Shown piece after piece: positions 37,685-51,182 of a DNA stretch of 64,000 nt. The notes under the pieces are model-generated. The model was not told the DNA's origin, searched no databases, and was given only the letters and a program-made list of their open reading frames with translations. Positions within the stretch are counted from its first letter, which is position 1. Each line of letters opens with the position of its first letter. The DNA lies in NCBI GenBank assembly GCA_031835245.2, contig JAVKOQ020000090.1, forward strand, positions 1-64,000, written 5' to 3'. The DNA comes from Balamuthia mandrillaris (lineage: Eukaryota). Made by a program: the position numbers and the translations under genes.

Positions 37685-38242
37685 ATGCAACAAAGAGGGA
37701 GCAGCAGCAGGCACCTGGCGCAGGAGGCAGAGCAGGAAGAGCACGGTCGTCACCACCTCCTGGCCTCCTCGACAGACTATTACTCTGCAGGAGCGGCGGA
37801 CGAGGGGGGCGACCTCGAGGAAGACGTCGACGAGGAGCTGGCGCGCTACGAGGCGGTCGTCCTCTTTGACGGCGTCTGCAACTTTTGCAACTCCTTTGTG
37901 AACTTTGTCATCGACAGGGATCCCCAGAATCGCATCAAGTTTGCCTCCCTCCAGTCAGAGACCGGGCAGAACTTCCTGGATAAGTTCCACCTGCCCAACG
38001 ACCTCAGCACCGTGGTCCTCATCCAGGGCCAGCAGTGCTACACAAAGTCCTCTGCGGTGCTGAGGGTGCTGGCCATGCTGGAGGGCTCCGGGTGGTCCTG
38101 CCTCTACGCTTTCATCGTGGTGCCCCCCTTCCTGCGGGACTTTGCTTACTCCACCTTTGCCTCCTGGCGATACACACTCTTTGGGCAGAGCGAGTCCTGC
38201 CGAAGGCCAACCCCCGAGTTTCGTGCTCACTTTCTTGAATGA
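37685..38242 (+). CDS. DCC1-family thiol-disulfide oxidoreductase (DUF393)
   Basis: VLFDGVCNFCN, FASLQS, LRDFAYSTFASWRYTLFG. Confidence 0.92.
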   Translation: MQQRGSSSRHLAQEAEQEEHGRHHLLASSTDYYSAGAADEGGDLEEDVDEELARYEAVVLFDGVCNFCNSFVNFVIDRDPQNRIKFASLQSETGQNFLDKFHLPNDLSTVVLIQGQQCYTKSSAVLRVLAMLEGSGWSCLYAFIVVPPFLRDFAYSTFASWRYTLFGQSESCRRPTPEFRAHFLE

Positions 38243-38305
38243 CTTCCCCCCCCCCCCTCCCATCTCACTCTGTACATACATGCATGCATGCATAATTGCG
38301 TTTCT

Positions 38306-38644
38306 TCACGCTTCTCTCGTTTCAAGAGGAGAAGGTGCTAGTTGTTGCACCACAGCAACCACCTTGGCGACGCCGTTTTCGGCGGCCAACAGCTTGGCGA
38401 CCGCTTGGACCCTTTCACGGATGATGCTCCCTCCCTCCATCTGCCCTTCTTCGCTCTGTTCTTTTTCTTCGTCGCTGAAAACTTCTTTCATCGAGGCTAA
38501 TAGCTCCTCGGCGTTCACCCTCAGAGCGTTGACGATTTTCTTGGGACCTAATCCCTTTTCGGCCAATCTATGAGCCCAAAACTTTGCAACAAAGGAGTCA
38601 GACCAATGCGGAATCCGAGAAGCAAACGAAGCGCAGAAGAGAAG

Positions 38645-38696
<52 letters not shown>

Positions 38697-40265
38697 AACC
38701 GGTTGATCCATGCCAATGGGACAGATGATGGGAGGAACGGCGGCTTTCAAGGCGGTGGCCACAGTGCCAATACCGCCATGGATGACCACTGCACGGCATT
38801 GAGGAAAGAGCCAAGAATGAGGAACCTCCTTGGCCCACAGGACACGATCCGTTCCAAACTTGGTCAGATCCAAGTCTATTGGGCGTGGCAAGCTGCCCGC
38901 CCCCTCGTAGATGATAGCTCGTAGCTTGAGTCTTCGCAAACAAAGTTACCATAAAAGCGAGAATGAGGAAAACAATTGAATGCGGTGATCAGAGAAAGAA
39001 CATCCACAAAAAAAAAAAAAAAAAAAAGAAGGAGAAAGAAGAACAAGAACACGAAGAAGAACAAGAACAAGAACAAGAACAAGCAGTTACCTATCAATGA
39101 CATTCAGAATGGCTTGGACCAAAGTATCCGGATTTGGATGCTGCACTGATCCAAACCCAAAGTAAACTGGCTTCTCTCCTTTTGTCAAGAACTCCTCCAC
39201 TCTCTCCTGTTCCGCCGACTTTTTTCCTTTCGCATCTTCCTCCAGGAAACAGAATCCTCCTTCCAAAACGTTCTCTCCCCAATCAGCTGCTCGAGGCAAG
39301 ATGTGTCCGCTCCACATTGTGATGAAGCGATGATTCAGGCCTTCTTTGCCCTCGGCAAGGCCATGAATGCCCAAAGGGTGGTCGACTGGAGAGAGCCCCA
39401 GTTCTCGTCTCCATTTGTTGATGGCGTTGGCCCGGGCCTGTGTCCATCCTCCCTTCAACACTGTTTCCCATACCTTTTATTTATATAGTTTTGTTAGCTT
39501 ATAAAACAAGTAAAATAAATAAACAAAATCAAAGATGCAAACCAAAGAACAAGGCGTGCCAGCTGGAAACATGTCTTCATCCAACACCGGTGGAAAATAC
39601 TGGGATGTCACTGTTGTGGGTATTTGTTCTGGTCAAGAAAACAAAATGCAAACGATAGCGAAAGCAACGCGTTACCCATGAACGGAAACACGGTCGCTCC
39701 AATGGCTGGAACTTTGAAATGTTCGGTGGCACACAATACCTCGCTCTCTAAGCAACAATGGTAAAGCACAATATCGGACTCCTATGTATTATTTTTATTG
39801 ATATTAGATATAAAATAAAACTTCATTGAATGAATGAAAAGAAAAGACCAAGAGGGAATGTACGAACTTTACAAACTTTCATAACCACGTTCTTTGTTTG
39901 AGGAAAGTCTTCGCTGTAGTATCCAGCAATAATACTCTCCATCTGTTTTTTTTTTTTTTTTTGAATTTTTTTTTAAAGAGTTAGAATGAAGAAAGGCCAG
40001 TGAAAAGAGAATGAAAAGGAAGGAAAACGCATGCCTTGGAAGGGTCCCTCATGCACGGGGCGAACTTCTTCATAATCTCCTCCGTGGTGAAGTGCAGAGG
40101 GACGAAGTGGTGAATGCCGTGATGCCTGACGAAGCCCTCCTGGTCCTTGGGAGCGCAGAGCGTCACGTGGTAGCCCTGCCTTTGGAGGGCCAGCCCGATG
40201 GCGACGAACGGTTGCACGTCCCCACGACTGCCAAAGGTAAGCAGCGACGCTCGAGTTTGGGACAT
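38306..40265 (-). CDS. Sterol 3-beta-glucosyltransferase-like GT1 glycosyltransferase (multi-exon)
   Basis: N-terminal GSRGDVQPFVAIG, PVYFGFGS and VPHSWLFPQCRAVVIHGGIGT. Confidence 0.88.
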
Positions 40266-40725
40266 CAAGCCTTTTGTTTTTGTGAGTGGGTGTGTTAGGT
40301 AAAAACGAATGTGCAGGATACTAAGTTGTCTTCCAGGTTTAAGAAAGAAACAACAAGAAGGGAAAAAAAAAATTGTGGAATGACGAGATATTACTTAGTT
40401 GCTCGGCAGAATAAGTTCGATCCTGGTTACTCGATGGGTGAGATGGGTTGCGTGTTTCAAGGATGACTGTCGTTATGCCGGACCAACCAAAACAATGAAA
40501 AAGGTCAATTGAATTATCTGGCAGAACCCACCCACCAATCGAAAATCAGAGAATGGATCCGTGATCTTATTATTGTCGACAACTATTTACAACTATCAAA
40601 ACAATTATCAATATTTCAGATTCGATAATCGTGATGTCCACAAATAAATTACTTTTTCGATATATCGATAATTGTGTTGATATTTTTTCCGAAAATCGTT
40701 CGGAGAAGAACGAAGAAAGAACACA

Positions 40726-41459
40726 ATGGGAGAGCAAGTCAGCGAGGTGGTTCACGCCCGATGGATCGTTCCTATCGTTCCTGATAACTGCGTTCTGGAG
40801 CGACACTCCTTGGTCATCCATCAAGGCAAACCTTTCTTCTCATCTTCTTTTTTTTTTCCTTCCTTCAAAGACATCCATGACACTAAAAAAAAAATTATTG
40901 TTCTTCATCAAACTCCCAACAGGAAAGATCCACGACATTCTCCCCACGGAGGAGGCCAAGCAAAAGTACGTCGCCGAGCGGGAGCACCACCTCCACAAGC
41001 ACCACGTCCTCATCCCCGGCCTCGTCAACATGCACTGCCACACGCCCATGACCCTCTTCCGCGGCTTCTACTCCGACCACACCACGCTCTCCCAGTGGCT
41101 CTCCAACATCGTGCAGGCGGAGCAGCGCTGGGTCGGCCCCGAGTTCGTGGAGGACGGCACGCGGATCGCCGTCGGGGAGATGCTGCGCAACGGCGTGACC
41201 TGCTTCAACGACATGTACTTCTTCCCCGAGGTGACCGCCCGCGTGGCCTCCTCCATGGGCATGCGCTGCAACATCGGCGTGCCCGTCATCGAGTTCCCCA
41301 CCGCTTGGGGCAAGGGTCCGGACGAGTACCTGGAGAAAGGCCTGGCCATGGCGGAGGAGTTCAAGGAGGACCCCTTGGTCACTATTTCTTTGGCGCCGCA
41401 TGCTCCCTATACCGGTTTGTAACGCCTCTCTCTTTCTCTTTCTCTTTTTTTCTTTGGTC

Positions 41460-41501
<42 letters not shown>

Positions 41502-42761
41502 CTCTCTCTTGCTCTCTCTTGCTCTCTCTGTTGGTTGCTTTTGTTCCTCACTGTTTTTCTCTTATTGTTGTTCTCATAACGCAGTGAACGACGAAAGTTT
41601 CCTCAAGGTTAAAAAGCTTGCTAAAGGTATTACAGAACAAAAACTTTTTGTGTTTTTGGGGTAATTAACTGTCTACTGAAATCGTATTCACTTCCATGGA
41701 CATACAGAACATAACATGCGAGTGCACCTTCACTTGCACGAGGAAATGGCCAAGGTGACCGAGAGTGTGAAGGTCCATGGCGTTCGTCCCATTGCTAGAA
41801 TGGAGAGGCTTGGCATCATGGATTCTTCCCTCATCGCCGTTCACATGGCCCAAATTCTGCCTGAAGAGATTGATCTTTGTGCTGCCAAAGGTTCTCTATG
41901 CCTTCTCCTTCCTTCCCTTCTCTGTACTTCTGTCCCTTTTCTATTCTCTCGTTCTGCTGTCACGTTACTCTCTCTTTTTGCGCTTCGACACTTGGTTTAT
42001 TTCTAAACTGGAGCTTTTCCTAAAACGGGGAATAGGAGTGAGCGTGGTGCACTGTCCTGAGTCCAACCTGAAACTCGGCAATGGCATCTGCCCCATCGCT
42101 GACTATATCAGCAAAGGCGTCAACGTTTGCCTTGGCACTGACGGCGCTGCTAGCAATGACGACCTCGATCTTTTAGGTCTATCGCTTTTTTCCCTCGTTC
42201 CCAGCTTCTCCGCTGCTCTTCTCTCGTTTTCTCTCCTCCATCGTTGTTTCTTCTCTTCTTTTGGCTTACCAAACAAAAACAGGTGAAATGCGCACAGCAG
42301 CACTGATGCACCGCCTGCATGCCCAACAAACAGAAGGCGTTAAAGTGCTGCCCAGTTTCGAGATGTTGAAGATGGCCACCATAAACGGAGCCAAGGCTTT
42401 GGGGTTGGACCACTGCATCGGCTCTTTGGAGAAAGGCAAATGGGCGGATTTGGTCGCCATCGAGCTGCGAACGGAGCCTGTCTTCAACCCTATCACCAAC
42501 CTCGTCTATGTTGGTACCAATAGGTGCATTTTCCTTTCCTTTCCTTTCCTTTCCTTTCCTTTCCTTTCCTTTCCTTTCCTTTCCTTTCCTTTCCTTTCCT
42601 TCTTCTTCCTTTCCTTTCCTTTCCTTTCCTTTCCCTTTCCTTTCCTTTCCTTTCCTTTCCTTTCCTTTCCTTTCCTTTCCTTTCCTTTCCCCTTCTTTCC
42701 TTTCCTTTCCTTTCCTTTCCATTCTTTCTTGTCGTTTCTTTCTTTCTTTTTTCTTTCTTCC

Positions 42762-42819
<58 letters not shown>

Positions 42820-43032
42820 TTTCATTCTTTTGCTCTTTTGGTCGTGTTAATGTTTTAAAACAAAAAAAAAAGCGTGAGCAAGGTGTGGGTAGCAGGCAAG
42901 CTTATGGCAGAAAACGGGCACAACATCGGCTTCGATGAGGAAGCTCTCCAAGCCAAAGCCCATCAATGGATGGAGCAAATCGTCGCGTGGGAGAAGAGCG
43001 TGAACTCTTCCTACGACGAGCACAAGGACTAA
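40726..43032 (+). CDS. Metal-dependent amidohydrolase, MTA/SAH deaminase (TRZ/ATZ) family (multi-exon)
   Basis: [57 protein letters not shown] and [10 protein letters not shown]. Confidence 0.92.
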
Positions 43033-43222
43033 CAAAAAAAAAACAAAATAATCAATAATTCATCTGAATAGTTTGGCCTAATAGTTTCGGGTCGTCATGG
43101 ATTTAATCGGGACGACATGAAATTCAGTCGACATTTATCTGCTCGGACAATAATTATCGATTTGGAGGCCGTTTCGTGAGAGTGTGCTTTTACGAAAGAA
43201 ACGGAAAGAAGAGAGAACAAGA

Positions 43223-45230
43223 ATGTTCAGCAAAGACCGTGGGCCTTTGCCGCAGTACGGCACGTTTGTCCGACTGAGTTCGCGAGTGCCGCCGATTGTG
43301 GATGAAACCATCCGCTGGTTACGCCGCCATAATGGTTTGGATTGCAATTTTTTAATCACAATTTGTTCATCCGCTTTTAAAAAAGAAGTAATCTGTTAAC
43401 CGTTTTTTCCCCCCGCGGACAGCAACTACGGTGGAAGGTTTGTTCCGTGTTTCCGGTTTGTTGCAAGACATAAATACCATCAAGAAGCGATTTGACAAGG
43501 GTTCGATTTCTCTCGATTTTTTAATCGTTTAAATCACAATTCAATTATTTTCTTTTTTTTTTCCATGCAGGAAAGAAAGTAGACCTGGACAAGCTTTCCA
43601 AAGGAGACGTTCACACGGTGGCCGGCGTCCTAAAGTTATACTTGCGTGGTTCGTGTAAATAACGAGTGTTTGGAGAGAGGAAAAATCCTCATTTTCTAAA
43701 ACGGATTTCTTTCTTTTCTTTTTTCCTTTTCTTTTTTCTTTTTTCTTTTTGCTATGCTACAGAACTGGATATTCCTCTTCTGACGTTTGAACTTTATGAC
43801 TGCTTTGGCGTTGCCATGGGTTCCTATTTCTTTTTAAACCTTCTCTTTGCTTTCTTCATTCGTCATTCTTTTGCTTTCTTGCTTCTTTTTTTCTTTTCTT
43901 CTCCCTGCTTCCTTCTTCCTTCTTCCTTCTTCCTTCCTCGTGCTTCCTTCTTCCTTCTTCCTTCTTTCTTCTTCCTTCTTCCTTCCTCGTGCTTCCTTCC
44001 AACTTTCTCCTCCTCCTCCGTAGAGCTGGGACAAGAAAACCAAAGGATAAACTGCCTTCGCACTGTCATCTCTCTGCTGCCTCCCGCCAACAAGGAGATC
44101 CTCACCCTGCTGCTTCGCTTCCTGAAGGAGGTCTGCGCCGACTCGGACAAGAATCAAATGGGCGCCTCCAATCTGTCCCTCATCTTTGCTCCCTCCATTC
44201 TTCGACCTTATCAAACGGGAGATGCGACCGCTGACATGAACCTTTATCTCACGGAAGGTCCTAAGGCTGCAAAGATTGTTGAGTATCTCATTACTCATTA
44301 CGATGGCTTGTTTGTGCGTATTTTTTCCTTGTTTTTGTTTTTTGTTTCTGTCGTTCTGCTGTTTCTCCCTTCGTTCCTTTTTCACTTCTTAATCTGCTTT
44401 GCTATATTGCCAAACAAAAACAGAGAAAAGGCAACAAAGAAGAAGCCGAAGGCCTAAAGAAAGACATGATGAAAAACTCTCGCCAGTACAGACAGTTTTA
44501 CGCCACCCTGAAAAGAGGCAGCATGCTGCTGGCCACCAATCTCGTCAAAGAGCGTCGCACCCTCTTTGAGGGCATGGCCCAACCCACTGCTCCTTCTTCC
44601 TCTTCCTCTCCATCCTCTCCATCTCCTGGCTCTCCTTCTTCATCGCCGGCCTCTTCTGGCCCTCCCTCTCCAACTCCTTCCAAGTGGAGAGACCCCAAAT
44701 TCTACATTCAACAACAGAGCAAAGCATCCACAGCAAACTCCTCTTCCGGAGGCATTAGACAATCGTTGGGAGTTCCTCCTTCTTCCTCTCCTTCTTCATC
44801 AGCAGCAGCGAAAGAGCGACGCAAGAGTGCGACCTATGGAACTCCTCCTTCTCTCGCCGGCAGCAACAGCCGCAACAAACCGCTCACCACCTCCTCTGAA
44901 GACCTCAAAAAACAGCTGCAACAACATGAAGAGCTGCAACAATCGATGAAGAACAAGCTGATGCTGAGACAAACAGGGGCGACATTCTCGAAGCTCACTC
45001 CTCATTCCAACCTGCCGCCTCCTCGTCCTCCTCGACATATTACCACGCAGCTCTCCTCTGCCAAGGGTGATGCAAGCGGTGCAAAGAAAGGAGAAGAAGA
45101 GGACGATGAAGAGGAGGGAGAACAAGAAATGGAGTCGTGGGTGGATGTATTTGTGTCAGGCAAGGCGTTACCTTATTGCGAGGAGCTCATCACTTCTTGC
45201 TATGACATCAACGACTGGTTGGAGCAATGA
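43223..45230 (+). CDS. RhoGAP domain protein (multi-exon)
   Basis: VPPIV, EGLFRVSG (Arg finger), VHTVAGVLKLYLRE and NQMGASNLSLIFAPSIL. Confidence 0.92.
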
Positions 45231-45864
45231 AGTGAAGCGAGAGATGAAAGAACGAAGAAGGAAGTGAGAAGAAAGCAAGAAGCAAAAGAGAAGAAAATGA
45301 TGAGAAAGGAGATAAGAAAGAGAGATAAAACAATGCATTAAGTGGAACAAGATGAGAACTGTCCGCCTTTGTAACAAAAAGGAAGAAGATGAAAAAAAAA
45401 ATACGAGTTTACCCAAACTCTCTTCTTTTCGCTTTGTGTTCCTTCCTTGGGCTCGCTCTTCTTGAACCATTTGGAGTGGGTGGGTGCATTTGAAAAGGAG
45501 GAGGTTATGGCCACAGCAACCACTGCCCCCGTTCCATTGAAACGATGTTGGGCTCGCGCGGTGGAGGAAGGAGAAGATGAGGGAGAAACACAAGTTTTAT
45601 TATGGCATGAACTGAAGGCCAAAACGGAAGAAAAAGCCTTTCGGATTCTTCCTCGCATTTATAATACAGGAAATTACAGGAAATTATAGTAATGATATTA
45701 CTCCTCCTCCTGGTATAACAACATTACGGGGTGATTGATGAACGTGGTGCTTTGCAGAACTTGGTGCTTCTGTCTTTTTTTTTTTTTGAGACTTGTTTGA
45801 AAAACCACAAATAAAGAACGCATACCCGACGAATATAAGAGAGACAGCACAGAAAAAGCCGGGT

Positions 45865-46220
45865 ATGATCACAGAGGAGGAAGAGGCTGTGGCTGAGTTC
45901 AAAGTGAAGAGCGGGCTGACTGGCAAACGGACCTTTGATAGTCGCCTCAATTCAGAGCAAGTCTGTTGTTTCATTTCCAATTGTCGTTTTTCGTTCTAGT
46001 CTTTCTTTCTTTTCATTGTCATTTCTCTCCTCTCCTCTCTCCTCTCCTCTCCTCTCCTCTCCCTCTCCTCTCCCTCTCCCTCCTCTCCTCTCCCTCCCTC
46101 CCTCCTCTCCTCTCCCCTCTCCTCCCTCCCTCTCCCCCTCTCTCCCTCCTCTCTCTCCTCCCTCTCCTCTCCTCTCCTCTCCCTCTCCTCCCTCTCCTCT
46201 CCTGTTGTTTTATTGTTCTC

Positions 46221-46257
<37 letters not shown>

Positions 46258-47176
46258 GTCGTTTTGCTTTCCTTCGGTGTTTTTTAAAACAACCAATAAC
46301 CACCTAACTGAAGAGGTGCAGTTATTGAGTTTGCAACTCTCAATGCCTCTAAACCAGCCACTTATGTGCATCAGTACGCAGAGCACAGGAAGGAATGCAC
46401 GGACTCCAACGGAGACACTTACACAGAAACGGTGGTGTACCTCGACAAATGGACCGACATCACCGCCTACGTAGCTGACAATTGTGAGTGGAGCAACGAT
46501 GAGGGCATTGAACGGTACTTCCAGTCCAAGGCAACCCTGAAGTGAGTACATTAGTTTGTCTTTTCGTTGGATTGGGCTCCTGTTTGTTTGCTGTCCCTCC
46601 TTCTTTCTGTGTCCTGTCCTTTTTCTCCTTCTTTGATGCGGTTACTTGCTCCTTATCTGTGCTCCTCTCCTTGTCGGCCCCAGGAGGCTAGCAATAATCA
46701 AGTGCGTGGACGACCTGCCGAACCTACGCAAAAAGGTGGCATCAACAGTTCGTCCTCACTACCCCGCATGCAGCTACTGCTGTTCGGTTCAGACAAAAGG
46801 TGCCACAACTTTTATCTATCCCGCCACCAACGCCTCAAAGGCTTGGCGCTCCCCTTGGACGGTGGCCGGCTTCTTCATCGGCGGCCTCGTCATCGGAGGC
46901 GTCATCTCCCTCGGAGCTCGGCACGCAGCCACCAGGACCTACAAAGCCAACATGTACTATCCCTATCTCATGGAGGAGAATGCCATTTGGAAGGAGCTCC
47001 AGGATCGGTTCACCGAGGGAACGAGAGTGGAAGAGGCTCGCAAAAGGGCGAAAGCGAAGCAACATAAGGCTGCCCGGAAGGCGGAGAAGAAAGCGGCCAA
47101 GGAGATGGAGAGAGCTTCGAAGAGAGAGGAGAAGGAAAAGAAGAAAGCCGCAAAGAGACAAAAAGGATTTTACTGA
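45865..47176 (+). CDS. Hypothetical membrane protein with a Lys-rich tail (about 3 exons; start uncertain)
   Basis: Coding-like segments at ~45865-45960, ~46315-46541 and ~46684-47176 with GT/AG boundaries. One hydrophobic stretch (VAGFFIGGLVIGGVISLG). Confidence 0.55.
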
Positions 47177-47293
47177 TGCCAATGTGCATTCTTGTTAACA
47201 GTAGTCAAAAGGATAAGGAGCTCCTTACTTCTCTCTCTTGTTCTTTTGTTGTTCTGCTGATGCTCCTGGCTTCCTCCCTCAGCAACACACCTA

Positions 47294-47350
47294 ATGGAGG
47301 ACGGTCGCACCTCTGCCGACTACAATACCCAGAAGGAGTCCACCCTCCGC
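47294..47350 (+). pseudogene. Ubiquitin gene fragment
   Basis: MEDGRTSADYNTQKESTL matches the ubiquitin segment LEDGRTLSDYNIQKESTL. The flanks are not ubiquitin-like. Confidence 0.75.
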
Positions 47351-48268
47351 ATTCGGAACGTTGCTCACCAAAACGAGCAGCTTCGGTTCCGGTCATTTTG
47401 CAGCCCAATGGCGGGACCCGTCGGTTTGGCCAAGTTCATCAGGACATGTTTCAGAGAGAGAAATGCCCTCTCCTTTTCCCTCAAGCCGAATGCATCACTT
47501 TACCCCACCGCCTCCACAGAAGTGAAGAAGCGATCCCAGTACACAACGTGTCCCTTTCCAATGGAGACCTGCCATAAGGTTCACGATGACACGTGCCCTC
47601 CTGCTGTTTTAGTTGCTTCCCGGTGTAGATCTCTAGCTTCCAGACCATAACCATCGTCGGAAGCAAGCGCCCAGACCTTGAATCCTCTTTTGGTTGACGA
47701 AGTACCGCCTCAACGAGGAGCAATCCTTTGAAAGCAATCGTCATTTCATCCACCGGAGCTCCTTGCGGCAGGAGATATGCAGCGCAGAAGAGAGAGTGTT
47801 CACCAGGTCCAGCAAAGGAGGAACCTTGTAGCTTTTTGTCGTGGTTAGGAGATTGCTCGGTGGGTTTCTTTGGTTTGAATCGCCGATAGGTAGGAGGAGG
47901 GAAAAGAAGAAGAAGAGGAATGGGCAGGAAGGAGGCGAAGGGGCACAACAAGAAACGGAAGCGCCGTCGTCTTCAGCGTCCGTCGAAGAATTGTGGGAAA
48001 ACCTATCAGAGCCAAAGAGAAAAGCAAATTGGTACAAGGACCCAAGGTTAGGTCTTACCTTGTGCCAAGGGACCCGAACCACCCACCGTTACTAGGTTTT
48101 TTTTAAAAAAAAAAAAGAAGAAGAAGAAGAAGCAGGAAGCAGCGAAACTCTCCGTCTTCTCTTCCTCACACACCCCTTTCCCAAGCTCCTTCGTTTGAAA
48201 AAAAAAAATAATAATAATAATCCCTTCCCACTGGATGAAATAGAAAAGAGAGAAATAAAAAAAATAAA

Positions 48269-50674
48269 ATGGGAGGACGTCTCGCTTGGTACCTATCCTT
48301 CATGCTCATCGTGATCCTGGGCAACACCTTGCTTGTCACCTGGTTCCTCAGTGCACCGTCCACTCCTCCTTCTCCTTCCACCCCAGCTTCCTTCGATCAA
48401 CAATTCTACGCCAAGAAAGATGGAGAGGAGCTCAAGGCCTTGATCGAGAAGGAGGTCTCTCGCTTGGAAGGTCTCCTTCGAAGGCTTTCCTACGAGGAAG
48501 AGGGCGACCAGGAGGACCCCGCCATAGCTGATCTCCAACAACGGGTCAACTTGTTGGAGTCCCAACTCACTCAGCTTTCGCCTCAGCAGATGGAAATTTT
48601 TTTTGAGGAAGCCACAAGAGCGCAGCAAGGAGGAGGCTTCCCTCTGGAGGAACGCGTGCGGCAGCTGCAGCAGCAGCTGCAAGTGTTCAAGCCGCTCGTT
48701 GGGGAGCTCATCAGGAAGGAGGACGCCCCGGTGGTGCCGCTGGCGGTGGCCCAGGAGGTGGAGCGAGTGGCCGCCCGGCTGGCCCATCCCAAACTGCAAC
48801 GAATGTTCCGAAAGTGCTTTGTTAGGTTTGCTCCTGTTCTTCTTTCTTTCTCGTGTCGTTTCTTTCTTCTTGTCGTTCTCTCTCTCTCTCTTTTCTCTCT
48901 CTTTTCTCTCTCTCTCACTCTCTTTCTCACTCTCTCTGCTCTTCTCTCTCTGCTTCTCTGCTTCTCTCTCTCACACAATGCAAACAAAAAACCAAACAAC
49001 GAACAGTACGTTGGAAACGACGACCCAACTTTTGCCGGATGGCACAACGCACATCTTTACAGGAGACATTCCTGCTATGTGGCTCAGGGATTCCTCCGCT
49101 CAAGTCCATCATTACCTTCCTTTGGCTGCTTCTGATTTGCATCTTCAGGTTTCTTTCTTTCTATTCCTTTTCTTTGTTCTTCTCTCTCTCTCTCTCTATT
49201 TCTTTCCGTTGTCTTTCACTTTTTCTTGGTGCTCTTTTTCTAACGGGAGCAAAAACAAAGGTAATTATCGAAGGACTGATAACGAGACAAGCCAATCGTA
49301 TTTTGCACGATCCATATGCCAATGCCTTTCGACTGGAACCATTTCCTGCGTTCGTGCTTCTTTATTTCTCTTGTTTTTGAATGTTCTGTTGTTGGTTGTT
49401 TCTTTTCCATTTTCATTTTCTGTTCTTTTTTTAAATGTAATTGGATGATGAATGAATCACAATAGAGACAAGATACCTCCGAATGAAAAGAAGAACGGAA
49501 AGACGCCAGAGATTTGGGAAAGAAAGTACGAAGTGGACAGCCTTTGTTACTTTTTGAGTCTAAGCTATCAGTACTGGCAAGCCACTGGCAGTACTTCTTT
49601 CTTTGATTCTCAGTGGAAGGTCTCTTCTGCCTCCCTTATTTCTTCTTTCATCGTTCTTCTTTGCTCTATTCTCATTTTGCTGATATTAAAAGTATTAACT
49701 ACTTTATTGTAGAAAGCAGCAGAGTTAATTGTACAGACATGGATAAATGAACAGGTTCACGACCCAAACGTTTCACCTTACAAATACCACAGCGAGATGC
49801 CCAATCGAGGTGTTGGTGCCGCTCACACACGCACTGGGATGACTTGGAGTGGTTTGGCTTTTTTTTTTCTCCCTTTCTTGCTCTATTGATTTCTTGCTTC
49901 TGTCTTATCTTAACGTTCCCAAAACCATTTTCTTCAATAAATAGGCTTCCGACCGTCTGATGATCCATGCAGGTACAACTTTCTCGTTCCCTCCAACATG
50001 TTCGCAGTGGTCGTCCTCCGACAGCTCTCCCAAATCGCCAAAGAAGTTCTCGCCGACGAGACCTTAGCCTCCCGTGCCTCTCGCCTCGCCGTCGAAATCG
50101 ACGACGGTATTCACCAATACGCCGTCGTCAACGACCCTCAGCTCGGCAAGATCTATGCCTACGAGACGGATGGGCTCGGCAACCACAACTTGATGGACGA
50201 TGCCAACGTGCCCAGTCTTCTCTCCATTCCGTACATGGGCTATACCTCGCGGCACGATCCGGAGGGGGTCATCACAGCCAACACGAGGAAATGGGTGTTG
50301 AGCCCCAAGAACAAGTTTTATTACCAAGGCAAGCTTGCCAAAGGCATTGGTTCGTCTCTTCTCTCATTCTCTTCTCTCTTTTTTTTTTTTTTCTGATACT
50401 TATTTCTTTTCTCAAAGGGAGTCCCCATACGTTCAACGGATACATATGGCACATGTCGCTGATCATGCAAGCGCTCTCCTCGGATGATCCGGAGGAAGTG
50501 AAGGAGCTGGTGAGGATGTGCATGAACACCGACAACAACTCGGACCTCATGCACGAGAGCTTCCACCCAGACAACCCCGCTCGCTTCAGCAGGGCGTGGT
50601 TCGCTTGGGCCAACTCTCTCTTTGGAGAGCTTGTACGGACTCGCTTGGATATTGTGAAAGAGATTCAACCTTAA
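48269..50674 (+). CDS. GH125 exo-alpha-1,6-mannosidase-like protein with an N-terminal TM anchor and coiled stem (multi-exon)
   Basis: TGDIPAMWLRDSSAQ, WERKYEVDSL, FRPSDD, MDDANVPSLLS, MHESF and WFAWANSLFGE. Confidence 0.93.
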
Positions 50675-50775
50675 AGAAGAAAAAGAAAGGAAGAGATAAC
50701 CACTTTGTCCATATAATTTTTTTTTATCTACATGAGAGAAAGAAAGAGCTGGAAAGAAGAGAGAGAAAAAAAAGC

Positions 50776-51150
50776 TCACTTGCCACGAATGGCTTGGGCG
50801 ATTTCTTTTTTGCCGAGAGAGCGAGCGGGGAGGTAAGAGCCAAGCACCGCCACGCACAACGACATGCCCAGCATCGCAAAGAAGACCTTCCACGGGAAGA
50901 AGATTTGCACCGACATCTGGTTAAACAACGAGTACTGGAATGAAAGTGTGTACGCCACTGCCACTCCTGGTTTTTTTTTAAGTTGTGTGAGAAGAAAGAA
51001 ATAAAAGAAGAAATGGAAGGAGGACAGAAAGTTACCAATGCCAGTTGCGAAAATGATGGAAGTGAGGGTAAGAGCCAATGCCTCGAAGACGTAGATCGAA
51101 AGCACCTCTCGATTCTGATCATCAAAGAAAACCAGGTTAAGAGAGAGAGT

Positions 51151-51182
<32 letters not shown>

